A stretch of 64,000 bases of DNA, taken from positions 1,338 through 65,337 of the IMG/VR virus record IMGVR_UViG_2778261398_000002. The stretch is one strand, 5' to 3'. This document shows, one piece after another, positions 9,343 through 21,100 of this stretch (position 1 is its first letter; every line of letters begins with the position of its first letter). Made by a program: the position numbers and the translations under genes. This DNA comes from a virus. Its lineage: Duplodnaviria > Caudoviricetes. The notes under the pieces are model-generated. The model worked only from the letters and a program-made list of their open reading frames with translations, had not been told where the DNA came from and did not search any database.

Positions 9343-12300
9343 TTACGCGTTGCGTCTAACGCTCATTGCAGGTACAAACGCTTCTTCCCTTTGACGACCT
9401 GGTCTGGAAGCAGCCGCCTGCCTAACGTCAGGGTTCTGAGCTGTCGGCGAGGCCGGAGCTGTACCCTTGTTAGACATCTCGAGCAGTGTCTTGTCAATAC
9501 TAGACAATGTACCACTCATTTGCGTCTGAACGTCCAGTTGTTGTCTCAGGATAGACTCCATTCCACCAAGTGACTTAGCAGAATGTTCCTCCATGGCCTG
9601 ACGTTGCTCTTGACGTTGAACCGCTTGCTGGGTCGACCTTCTCCCTTGTTCAGCAACCAGTGCATCCGAAGACGTGTCTGGGTTAACTGCCGTTGGGTTA
9701 TTGGAAGCCCTCAGTAGCGATACGCCAACATTGGACGGTCCTGCTGGCCGGTTGGCTACAACCGGAGCATCAGAATCACCCTCATCAACCAGATCAACCG
9801 GAGTTTGACTCGGCACATTAATGCCGGCCATGCGCCGCGCTTCTGCGGCCTCTTTGTGACCAAGGTTGTAGCGTCGTGCCAGTTCCGCATAGGTCTCGTG
9901 GATCGTTCTGTAGCGTCCACCGTCCTTGAAGATGTCCGGGTTGGCTTTGGCCTCGGCCGGGAACAGATTTGCTGCAATGGCATTGGGGTTCGCTTTCAGG
10001 AACCGAGGAGCTGCTACGCTACCCATAAAATGAGACACGTAGTAGTCGACGTCGGTCATCTTACGACCGAGCGCAGGCTCCATTATGCGCTGGTTCTCTT
10101 TCATGTACTCAGCTGCCATCAGGGCATTCGCCCGTGGGTCTCTCCGTGAAGCAGTTGGAGAGATACCGTACTTAGCACCGTAGCGCTGAAGCATGGTTTT
10201 CCACGTACTATCGATGAACTGGTACAGACCAGTCGCCGAGCCCGTAGACGCGGCAACGCCGCCCCTGAAGCTAGACTCGATTCGAGCCTTCGCCGCCATC
10301 ACACCGGGATCTACTCCCGCCATCTTGGACGCTGCAACAATCAGATCCTTCATGTTGTTCCAGCCGTCGCCCTTAGGTATCGGCAACGAGTTAATGTCGC
10401 CACCTGTTCCGTTACCCGGATGTACCACAGCGCCCCCGACCGACATCATGTCGCCCATGCCAAGGCTACCACCCCGTTGGATGCGGTCAATGATCCTAGA
10501 ACCATTGGAGCCGTAATCATTGGTGCGGTTCCGATTCAGCGGAATCGGCTGTGCAGTGGTATTGGGGGTCAGCAATGGGTCGAGTCTCATCACACCTGTC
10601 GTCTGACTAGCGTTTCTGGACTCCTTGCTGCGCTGCTCGTAGTAGGTCTGTTTCCCAACAGCCTCACGCATTACCTGCAAGTTATTCTGAATGGACCTGG
10701 GGTCCGTGTTGATTCCTTCTGTACGGAATGGACTGGTTGAGATCAACCACACGCTGGTCTGAACCTTGTCCAGCAGCACCGTGGCACTGCTGACGGAGAG
10801 AGCGACTTCCAACCTCTCGGCTGGCGTGAGGCCCAAGGCACTTACAGCGATGTCACCACTGGGTTTGATCTTGCGTACACTGGTACAGTAGTTGAGGAAG
10901 ACCGGTAGGAACCGGTTGGTAAACCACACGAGCCAATTAGCGCCGTATTCACTTGTGGTGTCTACAACACCAAACAGGCTACCGTGCTGCGACAAGATCT
11001 CACCGGGATCGCCGTTGAACTCCGCCACACCACCGTTCGTATAGACGATTTGACGATGGAGCGTTTCCTCCAGACCCATCATCAACCGTACCTTACTTAC
11101 CTCTAGTTCGCCCAGACCGTAGGTTCGCATCCGAACCATTGTCAACGGGTCGATCGTAGACTGCGTAAACGACAGGTTAACCGAGGATTCCCCGACCGCC
11201 CTGACTGACCGACCCCGAACGCCAGCACCGCGCGCCCTCCTGGACATCGTTCCAGTTCCTTCATCGACAGAGTTTTCTTCAGCACGACGTTGTTCTGTCT
11301 CACGGCGATCAAACCCGTGACGATTCCGACGCCGGGCGAACGCGTTTTGCTCTGTCGGAGTACTACCCTGGTGTCTCTTGGCGATCTCCTTGTTGTACGT
11401 CTCAATGGCTTCGGCAGTCAGGCGCTCAATGAGACCCGTGGTGCCGCTCAGCTCCTCTCTTGGGAAAGGACTAGCCGTGACGTTGTATGGTGATTGACGG
11501 TCCGTCGTTCCAAACCTAACCTTGCTGAGGTATTGGATCTTGGACGTCAGCGGGACCTTTTGATCAGCTTCCCGGAAAGAAACACCCGGGGCCAATGCAT
11601 TGGTTACCACGACGTGGGACAGCAATACCGGCTCAAACCGACGCTTGAACCAGAGTACCCACGACTCGAGCTGCTGCTCGTCCTCCTTGTCGACTCCGAA
11701 GAGATCAAGTGCCTCATCGACAATGTCCATGTCAAGCTTAAGGCTGGCGGTACCGCGACCATTGGTTTGAATAGTGGGCTCTACCAGTTCCTCCAGTTTA
11801 CCCACAGCAGTGGCCTGTGCCTCGTTGGCCGGGTCTATGCCGTATTGCGCGAAACGGATACGCGCCAGCACAGCGTCTTCCTTGGTCAGGTACTCGTAGG
11901 CGAAGTACGCACCAGTGCCCAGTAGAGCGAGCGCCCCTACGGTGAGTGTAACCGGTGCGGTGAGAACACCCGCAATGGCTGTACCCGCGACAGCCAGACC
12001 AGTGCCCAGGGCACTCATGGCCCCAGTGCTCGCCAACGCAGTAAGGCCTGTCAGGGCCCACCGTCCCGCGCTAACCCACCGGCTAGCCGACGCAGCCGTC
12101 CTAGCCGCATTAGCCGTCCTGGCTGCATTAGCGGTCCTAGCCGCATTGGCTGTCCTACCGGCGGCGCCCGGAGACGGTCTTGGTGTGCGACCTCTGTTGC
12201 GACGACCTCTGAAGAGATCTCCAGCGCCACCGATCAGGTCTGCGGCTGAGTTAAGACCAACCAGTCCAGCGATGGCCGCAGCCAAGGCACCGAGTGGCTT

Positions 12301-15300
12301 GCCTATGAACTTCAGGGCCGCCATCAGAATGTTACCCGACTCCTTTACATCCTTGGCCTTATCTTGAGCAGTGGACTTCTTGGCCTGTCGTTTAGCCGCC
12401 CGACGTTTCATGATAGCGGCATAGCTTCCTTCGCGCTCACCGTCGCCATCGATGTCGCCCAATACACGCTTCTTGGGTTTAGGTAGACGATCAGAGAGAA
12501 GTTTCTTGATGTCGGACAAGAGAGAAACCTGGGTCTGCTCGGGGGACACAATCCCATTAGACAAACCACCCGCTTTTGCCCTGCCTTTGCCCAGAATCCC
12601 TTTCACCGCTGTCTTGGCTTTACCGGTTGCGCTCTTCACGCTATCCAAGGCCTTGCCAGCGGCGTCGGTGACGCCAGTCTTAAGGTCACCCTGCCACAGC
12701 ACCGGACCGCCTGTCACATAGCTCCCCACGCCGTCCTTGATGTCCGAGAGAGACTTGAGCACCTTCCCTGTTTTCAGGGAGTAATACTCGCCCGCGTCGA
12801 ACTTGGCTTTCGTCAGGCGTGGACGATCTTCGCCGTTGACATAAACGTCCTTGAACTCTTCTTTCTTACGACGCGCCAAACGCCACAGTGCCTTGATAGG
12901 CGCTACTTGGACCTTCCAAGCCGTACCGATGAACCCAGTGAGTTGCGACAGGCGCGGTCTGAACCTGCGACCGGCTGTATCGTTCAGGCCCTCGGCCAGC
13001 TCTTTGGCAGACGCCACCAGATTACCAGCTCTATCGAACACCGAACCCTTGATGTCACTCCAGCGAGATATCGGTTTTCCATCCTCATCGACGTACTCGC
13101 CCTCGCGGAGCAGCTTGGCAGACAACAGTGGGAACCTGGAACGACCATCCTGGTACAGATCAGTCGCTTTCTTGACACCTTTACCGAGTAGTCGAGTGGC
13201 CAGCTCACGCGGAGACCTAACAGCATCAAACATGTCTCGCGCGGTGTCACCCACTTCACCCAGTTTACGCTTACCGGATTCGACCTCTTCGGAGTTAGCC
13301 AGCAGCCAAGCCTGGTAGCGTGCTTTCTCTTTCTGAGACCCGTACAGGCTGAGGTATTGTTCGAACCTGCCACGGAGAGAGTCACCCGCTTGTTCTCGAC
13401 CGGCGTTTAGCAAGTCTTTGAACTCGGTGGCCTTGTTAACTGCTTTTCCGAAGTAATCTTTACCGGATTCCTTCACACCGCTGAATTGGTCCTTAGCGGC
13501 CGCTCTCGCCAGCCACATCTGGTAACGTGCCTCTTCAGCACGGTCCATTGCTGCGCCTTTAGCCGATCCGAAAAGACCCTTGGCCTTCTCTTTGCTTTCA
13601 GCGTATTGTCCCTTAGCGGCGTTCTTAAGGAGCCACGATTGGTATCTGGCGTTTTCAGAGGCGCTCCGAAGCTTGTCGTTCAACACGTCCAGTTTGTCGT
13701 TGGCCTTTCCTTTAAAGCCAGCGGCCATTCCCTTGAACTTACCTACCTGGTCCTCAGCGGCATGTTGAAGCAACCAAGCCTGGTAACGACCCTCTTCCGA
13801 CTTTTCGGATAGGTAAGACTTGGCTTTACCCAGGCGACCCTTAACACCACTACGTTGTTCATCAATCCACGCGCCCGACGCGTTTCGCATCAACCACGCT
13901 TGGTAGCGGATGTTGTCGGTTCCAGCGCCCAGTTTGCTACGAAGCTTGCCAAAGCTAGGGTTCTTGTCCATAAGACCCTTGGCATCTTCTTTAACCTGGT
14001 TGGTCTTGGTGCGGAGCTTCTGGTACATTTGACGCATGTAACCAGTGGTGCCTTTGACCATTTCTCCCGTGCGCTTACGGAACGCCAGTGATCCAGGACC
14101 ACCAACGCCTCCGGGTCCGCCACCCACATCCATCCTGATCAATATCTCATCGATCTTGGAGTTAGTGATCTGGGCCTCAGTCAGTTGCTCTTTGGCCAAC
14201 AGTTTGACTGTTTGCTCACGGAAGGCATCTTGAATCTGGGTGATCAGGCGATCTACCCAGTCTTCGCCGAACGCATTCCCCGCCGCACTGTCACCAAAGG
14301 GAGACGGTACAGCTGAATCCCCAGTAGCACCAGCACGTATACGACTAAGGCTACCGCCGTCCCCAAACAGCGGAGTACTTTCTTTGCCCGATTCATCGGC
14401 CATCCCCTCAAAGCCGAGCCCGCTATCTGCGCGGTACATCGACAAAACTCGATCGTAATTGAGCCGGTCGTCGTAACCAGATTTATCCACGAGACCCATA
14501 CTGCGCAACAATTCACCGTAGCCGAGATTCATGTATCGTTGTGCATCGGCGCGTGCATTGGGTACGTTGTTTCTCAACCAGCGTACTTTCATGTCGGTGG
14601 AGGTTCGGAGGGCTTGGTACTCGTCGGTATCGGGCATACGCCCTTCTTCATCTATACCGAAGGTGTTTCTAAAGAACTCGGCCAGTTCTTCCCGAACATC
14701 ATCACCAACGTTGGAGTTATAGTTATCGGACTTAGCGTATTTCTCCGGATTGAAATAACCACCGCCTGCAATGTCCCGAAGGATTTGAGCTTGGAAGGCC
14801 TCTTTTGCATCGTCCGACAACGCGTCTTCAGCGCCCAGTTCTTTGTAGATAGCCCCCATATCGGAACGCACACGCTCCACATCTGACACGGGGAACATCT
14901 TACGGCGAATGTCATTACGCATGGTCGACATCGACGTGAACTTGTTACGCTCAAGGTTATACGTCACCAACTCCAACGAATCGTCACCGGTCCGTATCTT
15001 GTCCATGGTGTTCAAGATACGTGCAAGATACCCGGGAATGATCTCAGTGATTGACTTGCGTGTCAATACGTTGAAGTGTGCGGCATCGTTCATCGCCTCA
15101 GTTCGATCGCCGGTCAACGACGTATCCAGATACTGTCTGGGGATGATCGACTTAAAGAAATCTTTCACGCCAGCAAGTGGATCGTCGAAGTCCGTCTGGG
15201 ACTTGGCCCAATCGTTCGCCATCCCTGAAACGTTACCAATACCGTAGGCGAGCTTGTTACCGAACCGTGTAACTGCTTTGTTGCGACCAACGCGAGGCTT

Positions 15301-16359
15301 CAACCAACCACTGGCCTTTCGACCGAACCACTCACCTGCTGCACCGCCTGCGAGGTTACCAGCCATTTCCTCTGGAGAGATCGGCATATCGTCCAGCATT
15401 TCCAGACTACCGCCCATGCCAGAGAAGCCAGAGGAGAAGCTACCGACTTCACGCAGTACCCGATTGCGCAGGTTGTTGCTCAGGTTGCGAACAAAGTTCT
15501 GAGCATAATCCGACACCGAGCTTTGTGCTGCGCCAACAAGTTGCTCGCGAAGCTGGTTCTTGCCCACCTCGCTCAACTGTGCCTTACGGTATTCAGGCAA
15601 AGATGTGTTCTTGACCGTATCACGCAGATACGCAAGGATGCCCTCGTTAGAGGTGCGCTGGAGCTCCAACAGATCGCGCGCAGCAAAGAACTGGCGATAT
15701 TGAAGTTCTAGTGTCTTGCGCTGGAACTTGGCCTGAATGTTATCTTGGTAGCTAACCAGGCGATCGAGCGCATAGTTGACACCGCGCATGGTGCCCAGTG
15801 TTTCTTTATGACGCTTGTCCTCTGAAATGAGTTTCAGAGTGTCACGAGCAATGTCCTCTTGACGGTTAGCGGCGTCGCTTTCAGCCTGCACACCGAAGAT
15901 GTTGCCGAGCTCTTGTGCGATCTCCGCACCAACGGGGTCATAACCGGGACCCACCCCTTGATCGGAATTCCGGTCTGCGAAAGCCTCCAGTCGATCCTTT
16001 AAACCTTTGGGTATTTTACCCTCGATTTTGGGCAGGATCTTGCGAGTCCCTTTGGCCAGTTCACGTGTGACCGGTTGAAATTCACGGGCGGCGCTATTGT
16101 ATAGTTCTCGCGCATCACTGACAATGGTGTCACCCATCTGGGCCGCGACTGAATACTCGTCGGGCAGGGCACGGAGCACAGACCGCTTTAGAAAGTTCTT
16201 GTCCTTGGCCGTGGTCTTAAGACCATCTACAAACCCAGTTGCTACTTTGGTAACGGGCTTGCGATCGTCTTTACTTGGATCGAGCGCCATCTCCAGATCG
16301 TCAAGATCCAGATCATCGAAATCCAAGTCGTCTAAATCGAAATCGTCTTTTTTAGCCAT
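9343..16359 (-). CDS. giant tail tape-measure / virion-associated lytic transglycosylase (phiKZ gp181-like)
   Basis: ~2340 aa from ATG 16359 (AGGTG RBS). C-terminal lysozyme-like domain (IESSF, GLYQFIDSTW, NALMAAEY, YVSHFMG), hydrophobic Ala/Gly stretch, RYQxWL repeats; divergent from vRNAP beta'. Confidence 0.85.
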   Translation of the reverse strand: MAKKDDFDLDDLDFDDLDLDDLEMALDPSKDDRKPVTKVATGFVDGLKTTAKDKNFLKRSVLRALPDEYSVAAQMGDTIVSDARELYNSAAREFQPVTRELAKGTRKILPKIEGKIPKGLKDRLEAFADRNSDQGVGPGYDPVGAEIAQELGNIFGVQAESDAANRQEDIARDTLKLISEDKRHKETLGTMRGVNYALDRLVSYQDNIQAKFQRKTLELQYRQFFAARDLLELQRTSNEGILAYLRDTVKNTSLPEYRKAQLSEVGKNQLREQLVGAAQSSVSDYAQNFVRNLSNNLRNRVLREVGSFSSGFSGMGGSLEMLDDMPISPEEMAGNLAGGAAGEWFGRKASGWLKPRVGRNKAVTRFGNKLAYGIGNVSGMANDWAKSQTDFDDPLAGVKDFFKSIIPRQYLDTSLTGDRTEAMNDAAHFNVLTRKSITEIIPGYLARILNTMDKIRTGDDSLELVTYNLERNKFTSMSTMRNDIRRKMFPVSDVERVRSDMGAIYKELGAEDALSDDAKEAFQAQILRDIAGGGYFNPEKYAKSDNYNSNVGDDVREELAEFFRNTFGIDEEGRMPDTDEYQALRTSTDMKVRWLRNNVPNARADAQRYMNLGYGELLRSMGLVDKSGYDDRLNYDRVLSMYRADSGLGFEGMADESGKESTPLFGDGGSLSRIRAGATGDSAVPSPFGDSAAGNAFGEDWVDRLITQIQDAFREQTVKLLAKEQLTEAQITNSKIDEILIRMDVGGGPGGVGGPGSLAFRKRTGEMVKGTTGYMRQMYQKLRTKTNQVKEDAKGLMDKNPSFGKLRSKLGAGTDNIRYQAWLMRNASGAWIDEQRSGVKGRLGKAKSYLSEKSEEGRYQAWLLQHAAEDQVGKFKGMAAGFKGKANDKLDVLNDKLRSASENARYQSWLLKNAAKGQYAESKEKAKGLFGSAKGAAMDRAEEARYQMWLARAAAKDQFSGVKESGKDYFGKAVNKATEFKDLLNAGREQAGDSLRGRFEQYLSLYGSQKEKARYQAWLLANSEEVESGKRKLGEVGDTARDMFDAVRSPRELATRLLGKGVKKATDLYQDGRSRFPLLSAKLLREGEYVDEDGKPISRWSDIKGSVFDRAGNLVASAKELAEGLNDTAGRRFRPRLSQLTGFIGTAWKVQVAPIKALWRLARRKKEEFKDVYVNGEDRPRLTKAKFDAGEYYSLKTGKVLKSLSDIKDGVGSYVTGGPVLWQGDLKTGVTDAAGKALDSVKSATGKAKTAVKGILGKGRAKAGGLSNGIVSPEQTQVSLLSDIKKLLSDRLPKPKKRVLGDIDGDGEREGSYAAIMKRRAAKRQAKKSTAQDKAKDVKESGNILMAALKFIGKPLGALAAAIAGLVGLNSAADLIGGAGDLFRGRRNRGRTPRPSPGAAGRTANAARTANAARTANAARTAASASRWVSAGRWALTGLTALASTGAMSALGTGLAVAGTAIAGVLTAPVTLTVGALALLGTGAYFAYEYLTKEDAVLARIRFAQYGIDPANEAQATAVGKLEELVEPTIQTNGRGTASLKLDMDIVDEALDLFGVDKEDEQQLESWVLWFKRRFEPVLLSHVVVTNALAPGVSFREADQKVPLTSKIQYLSKVRFGTTDRQSPYNVTASPFPREELSGTTGLIERLTAEAIETYNKEIAKRHQGSTPTEQNAFARRRNRHGFDRRETEQRRAEENSVDEGTGTMSRRARGAGVRGRSVRAVGESSVNLSFTQSTIDPLTMVRMRTYGLGELEVSKVRLMMGLEETLHRQIVYTNGGVAEFNGDPGEILSQHGSLFGVVDTTSEYGANWLVWFTNRFLPVFLNYCTSVRKIKPSGDIAVSALGLTPAERLEVALSVSSATVLLDKVQTSVWLISTSPFRTEGINTDPRSIQNNLQVMREAVGKQTYYEQRSKESRNASQTTGVMRLDPLLTPNTTAQPIPLNRNRTNDYGSNGSRIIDRIQRGGSLGMGDMMSVGGAVVHPGNGTGGDINSLPIPKGDGWNNMKDLIVAASKMAGVDPGVMAAKARIESSFRGGVAASTGSATGLYQFIDSTWKTMLQRYGAKYGISPTASRRDPRANALMAAEYMKENQRIMEPALGRKMTDVDYYVSHFMGSVAAPRFLKANPNAIAANLFPAEAKANPDIFKDGGRYRTIHETYAELARRYNLGHKEAAEARRMAGINVPSQTPVDLVDEGDSDAPVVANRPAGPSNVGVSLLRASNNPTAVNPDTSSDALVAEQGRRSTQQAVQRQEQRQAMEEHSAKSLGGMESILRQQLDVQTQMSGTLSSIDKTLLEMSNKGTAPASPTAQNPDVRQAAASRPGRQREEAFVPAMSVRRNA

Positions 16360-16426
16360 GGTAACACCTATGGTTAACGCTAAAGGTTTCACTCATACTT
16401 TCGGGTACTTATTGGGAGATCTCTCC

Positions 16427-18106
16427 GTGGACAATGGTAAACAATCCGTAGCAATGGTCGGAAAGCCGGCGCTTGTGTCGACAAATGTACGTAAAAGCCG
16501 ACCATTCAACGTAGCTATCATGGACACCAATTCTGAGCGATTGAAGACCCTTAAACCGGTTCGCTCTCTTGATATCTACGATGGACTGACGAACAACTTT
16601 CACGAAGACGGTTTGTTCTCCGTCAGTATCTTTGGTCGTATCGGGGAAGAAGCTCGAGACAAACGATTCTCCTACATCCCCATTCGGACCGAGATCCTAC
16701 ATCCGATCATTTACGATCGACTGTGTCGACTAAAGGGTCTGTATAAAGGCATCCTTTCCGGTAAGGAGTTTGCCAACTGGGACGAGCAGGAAAAGGACTT
16801 CGTCAAAGCCGACGAATTGAGCGGCGATACCGGGTATCATTTCTTCATGGCCCACTGGCGGGACATCGAGTTCAAAGAAACCAAGTCCACTGTTCGTAAC
16901 CTGCGAATAAAGCTCGTCAAAAAGTATATCGATCGGGCAACGGTTGACAAGATCCTGGTATTGCCTGCTGGTCTCCGCGACGTAGAGATCGATGCCAGTG
17001 GCAGACAAACCATGGACGACATCAACAGCATCTATTGGCGGATCATTTCCATCTCCAATACGATCTCGTCCACGTCGGTGGGTCGAAATGATCGGGTGCT
17101 AAACGTCTCCAGGAATTCTCTCCAACTTGCGTTCAACGAACTGTACGACATGTTGGAGAACATCCTGAAGGGCAAGCGTGGGTTTATCCAGAACAAGTGG
17201 GCGAGTCGCCGGGTGTTCAACGGTACCCGTAACGTTATCTCGGCCATGGACACCAGTGCCGCTGAACTAGGGTCTATTAACCACCCCAAGTACACCGACA
17301 CCGTAATGGGGATCTATCAGCTGTCCAGAGGTTGCTTACCCCTGACGATCCATTTGCTGCGTTCGGGTCTTCTGGGCGATGTGTTCGGCTCTTCCGATGG
17401 CAACGCCAAACTGGTTGACCCTGAAACACTGATGCCAGAGTTCGTGAAGCTCCCATCGGACGTCCATGACAAATGGACCACCAGCGAGGGGTTGGAATCG
17501 GTCATTGTTTCGCAGAGTGACGTACCGCTTCGCAATCAGCCGATCATGGTCGAGGGTCGTTATATCGGTCTGATCTACAAAGGTCCGGGGATGGACTTCC
17601 GTATTTTCTCGGACATTTCCGAACTCCCCGCCGACCGAGACCGTAAGGATGTACACCCGATCACATTGATCGAGTTGATCTATCTGTCCGGATACCAGAG
17701 GTGGAACACGCTTTGTACGCTGGTTACTCGTTACCCCGTGATTGGTGCCGGCAGTATTTATCCGTCCACCGTCTACGTGAAAACCACCATCACTGGGGAA
17801 GTGCGTCAAGAGCTCGACGAATCGTGGCAGCCAATGGGACCAGAGTTCAGAGCTCCTGAATTCCCCAATGGGTCGGACAAATACGTCGACAGTCTGATCC
17901 CGCATCCAAGTCGACTGGCTGGTCTCGATGCTGACTTTGACGGTGACACTGCGTCAGCCAACATTATTTACAGTGACGACGCATTAGCTGAGATTCGTCA
18001 GTATTTCACCCGCAAGGAGTCCTTCATCGACACCAAGGGTTCCTTCCGAGCAGCACCGGCTACTGACACTGTTTCACTGGTATTGAGAAGCCTTACTGAG
18101 GACTAA
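16427..18106 (+). CDS. virion RNA polymerase beta' subunit, N-terminal/catalytic part (phiKZ gp180-like)
   Basis: Catalytic LDADFDGD motif; DGLFSVSIFG and GKRGFIQNKWASRRV blocks. Start GTG 16427 (GGGAGA RBS) or ATG 16454; the 16097 start overlaps the opposite gene. Confidence 0.9.
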   Translation: MDNGKQSVAMVGKPALVSTNVRKSRPFNVAIMDTNSERLKTLKPVRSLDIYDGLTNNFHEDGLFSVSIFGRIGEEARDKRFSYIPIRTEILHPIIYDRLCRLKGLYKGILSGKEFANWDEQEKDFVKADELSGDTGYHFFMAHWRDIEFKETKSTVRNLRIKLVKKYIDRATVDKILVLPAGLRDVEIDASGRQTMDDINSIYWRIISISNTISSTSVGRNDRVLNVSRNSLQLAFNELYDMLENILKGKRGFIQNKWASRRVFNGTRNVISAMDTSAAELGSINHPKYTDTVMGIYQLSRGCLPLTIHLLRSGLLGDVFGSSDGNAKLVDPETLMPEFVKLPSDVHDKWTTSEGLESVIVSQSDVPLRNQPIMVEGRYIGLIYKGPGMDFRIFSDISELPADRDRKDVHPITLIELIYLSGYQRWNTLCTLVTRYPVIGAGSIYPSTVYVKTTITGEVRQELDESWQPMGPEFRAPEFPNGSDKYVDSLIPHPSRLAGLDADFDGDTASANIIYSDDALAEIRQYFTRKESFIDTKGSFRAAPATDTVSLVLRSLTED

Positions 18107-18108
18107 TC

Positions 18109-21100
18109 ATGTTCACAACGACCCCAACGATCTCGCTTGAAGGAATGACGCTGAATTCTGACGTCTACTACAAGCGATACGGTATCCGGACAGAAGGGCG
18201 ACTGATGTCGCCCAAGTTTCACCCGATCTCAACCCTGACCCTACCTAAAAGCTCCGTCATCCATTATGTCGGCGAAGACGACAGCGACAAGGGACTGGAC
18301 CAAACCGCCCTTATTCTGCGTGACGCCGATCGACTCATGATGATCGAACACCAGGTCGAACTCGCTACCCGGGAAGGCAACCCACGTCCCACCTACGTGA
18401 ACTCGGGCAGATTGATCCGCGAGTACTCTCGTGTCAACCGTCGCATCAAACTGGTTAAGAAGCTGGAGCGTAGCGCTTCTGACCCGATGACGTTGCTGAT
18501 TGAGAACTACGCGCTTCTGAATCACCTGTACCAATATCCAACCAGCTACTTCGCCAGCTGGTACAAGTGGAAGAACGTGCAGAACACACTCTGGGCCAAT
18601 GTGGATCGTGTTTGCAATGTGCTGGATCGCGATCACTACATCTACTGTCAGCTCCCGAACACCATTCCTGATATCATCGACTTCAGGAAAGCAGAGAAAA
18701 CCCATACTCGGGCCACTCTGGATGCATTCGGTGAGAACGGCGCTCGCAACATGCTGGACATCTGGACCTGGCTTGGCGCTAATCGCGAAATGTCCTGCAT
18801 GTCTGCCCTCCAGCCAAAGAACTTCTCCAAGGTCAACTTGATTTGGGTGGAATCTGGCGAGTGGTTCGTTATTAACCTGGGTCTACTGAACAGCTGGGCT
18901 AATGGAGACGTTTCTCTGGAGTCCATTGCCGACGTAGATCCGGAGCGGATCACGCTGTCGCTGGAGTCGGATGAAGGGGACTTGTTGATCCAGCGTTATT
19001 TCCTCCGCATGCTGACCAGCCTCTACGAGGTCCGCACCAATACGGTGTCGTCCACCAGCCCCATCGAAGAAACCGTCGTTGCCGAGGTTTCCGATGAACT
19101 GGGGATTCCGGAAGACGAGGTTAAAAAGGCTGACGACATCAACGTCGTCGAATCAAAAGAGCCTCGCAAGATAGAACCGAAGGACATCGTCCCGGGTATG
19201 TCACGCAGCCAGGAGATCCGGGAAGAGAAGATCCGTGGTGCCGCTAAGGTTCAGAGCGCAGTGGGTGAGAAATCCGAAACAGCTGCCAAACAGCCTCAGC
19301 CAGAGGACCTCAGGCTCCTCGATCAGGAACTGAGCTCTCCGAAGAAAGAAGTCATCGAAGATGCTGCCCAGACAGAGAACCCGCTGGTCAAAGGGATTCG
19401 CGTTCGAGCAGCCAAGATGGTGGAAGACGGGATGATGTCCAATGCCCAGTATAACCGAGCATTGGCAATGGCGGAGAAGTACAAGGAGATCCCCAATCCG
19501 TTTGGAGAAGGGACGTTGGCAGAATACATCGAACCCAAGGAAGGGGAAATTGAACTCGAAGGCGACGGTGCATTGGCTGACATCTCGACCGTGACTGACA
19601 AGTCGATGCTGCACAACACGCTCGAGGAAGTGTCTGAAGGCTATCGCAAGAAGCTCCTGACCAAGGACATCGCGGCCTGTGTGATGAACGTCCAGAAGGT
19701 AGGCGTTGCGGTCACCAAGTTCGAAGTCGAGCCCATCCAGGACGCGTTGAACGACTTTAACGCCTACACCGTTCGATTGAATCCGGTCTCTGGTTCTCCG
19801 AGCACGATTCGCGCGGCGATCTACGACATCAAAGAAGATGGCACCTATATTGCCAACGGTGTCAAGTGTCGACTGCGTTGGCAGCGAGGCGATATGCCGG
19901 TAAGGAAGATCTCTCCAGATTCGGTAGCGCTGACCAGCTTCTACGGCAAGGTGTTTGTTCGACGGTCTGCCAAGAAAGTGAATGCCTATGGCACGTGGTT
20001 GTGTGACAACATCGTTGCATTGGCCAACGTCGAAGAATCGGCAGTTAGCGACATACACGTTGGACGAGTGTGGAAGCACCAAGACAAAGTGCCTCGTCTG
20101 TTGAGCATGTTGGCTCAGCGTATCCGTAGCGTCAAAATTGGTAACGTGTCGTTCAACTTCGACTACACTAACCGCCGGGACGTATTCGGAGAGGACAGTG
20201 TCTCTGTCGAATCGAATGGTAGTGTGTTGGTAGGGAAGACCCGCAATGGTCTCGTGGTGATCACGGCCGATAACCGCTTGATGTTGCACAGCGGTGACAA
20301 AGTCACCGAGTTGCCCGCTCTGCCGATCATGGCTGGGTTTGAGAACCCAACTGGTCCGCTCGAGGTTGCCGAGATCAACATCTTCCGCTCCAAGATACCC
20401 GTTGGCGTTGTTCTGGGGTATCGGATGGGTCTCAGTAATCTGTTGGCCAAGCTGAACATCGTTCCGCGTCGTGTACCGAAGGGTACGCGGTTGAACTTGG
20501 AGATGAATGAATTCGCTGTGCAGTTCATCGACGAGTCGCTGGTGTTCGATCGAAACAACCCAATGGCCATGCTCATGATGAGCGGGTTCGTTAACTTCAA
20601 GAACGTCATCCGCAATTACGGGTCATCGGTGTTCGACAAGCAGGATGTCTACTTTAACCTGTTGGACAGTCAGGGCATGGGTATTCGCCATCTTCGAGAA
20701 ATCGACCTGATGTTCCCAATGTTCATTGACCCCATTACTGAAGGTATTCTGCGCAGCCGCGACGAACCTACAGAGATGGACGACCTGGTCATTTACGCAA
20801 TGGAGCTGCTGACCACTGACTGGCACCCGAAGGAGATCGACATTCGCTACATGCGCCTGAAAGGCTATGAGCGTTTTGCCGGGGCTTTCTACCAGGAACT
20901 CATCAAGTCCCTCCGGGCGTACAATGCGCGCTCTATGTCGGCTGGCGCCAGTATCGAAATGTCTCCACATGCGGTGAGGCAGGCCATTGATCAAGACACC
21001 AGTAAGATCTTGGTGGAAGAATCCAATCCAGTACACAACACAAAGGAGAAAGAAGCATTGACGTTCTCCGGTACCGGAGGGCGATCCATCCAAACCATGG

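Noticed and set aside
16097-16426. N-terminal extension of the vRNAP beta' ORF
   Set aside because: It overlaps the start of the gp181-like gene on the other strand and translates as Ser-rich nonsense; RBS-supported starts lie at 16427 or 16454.
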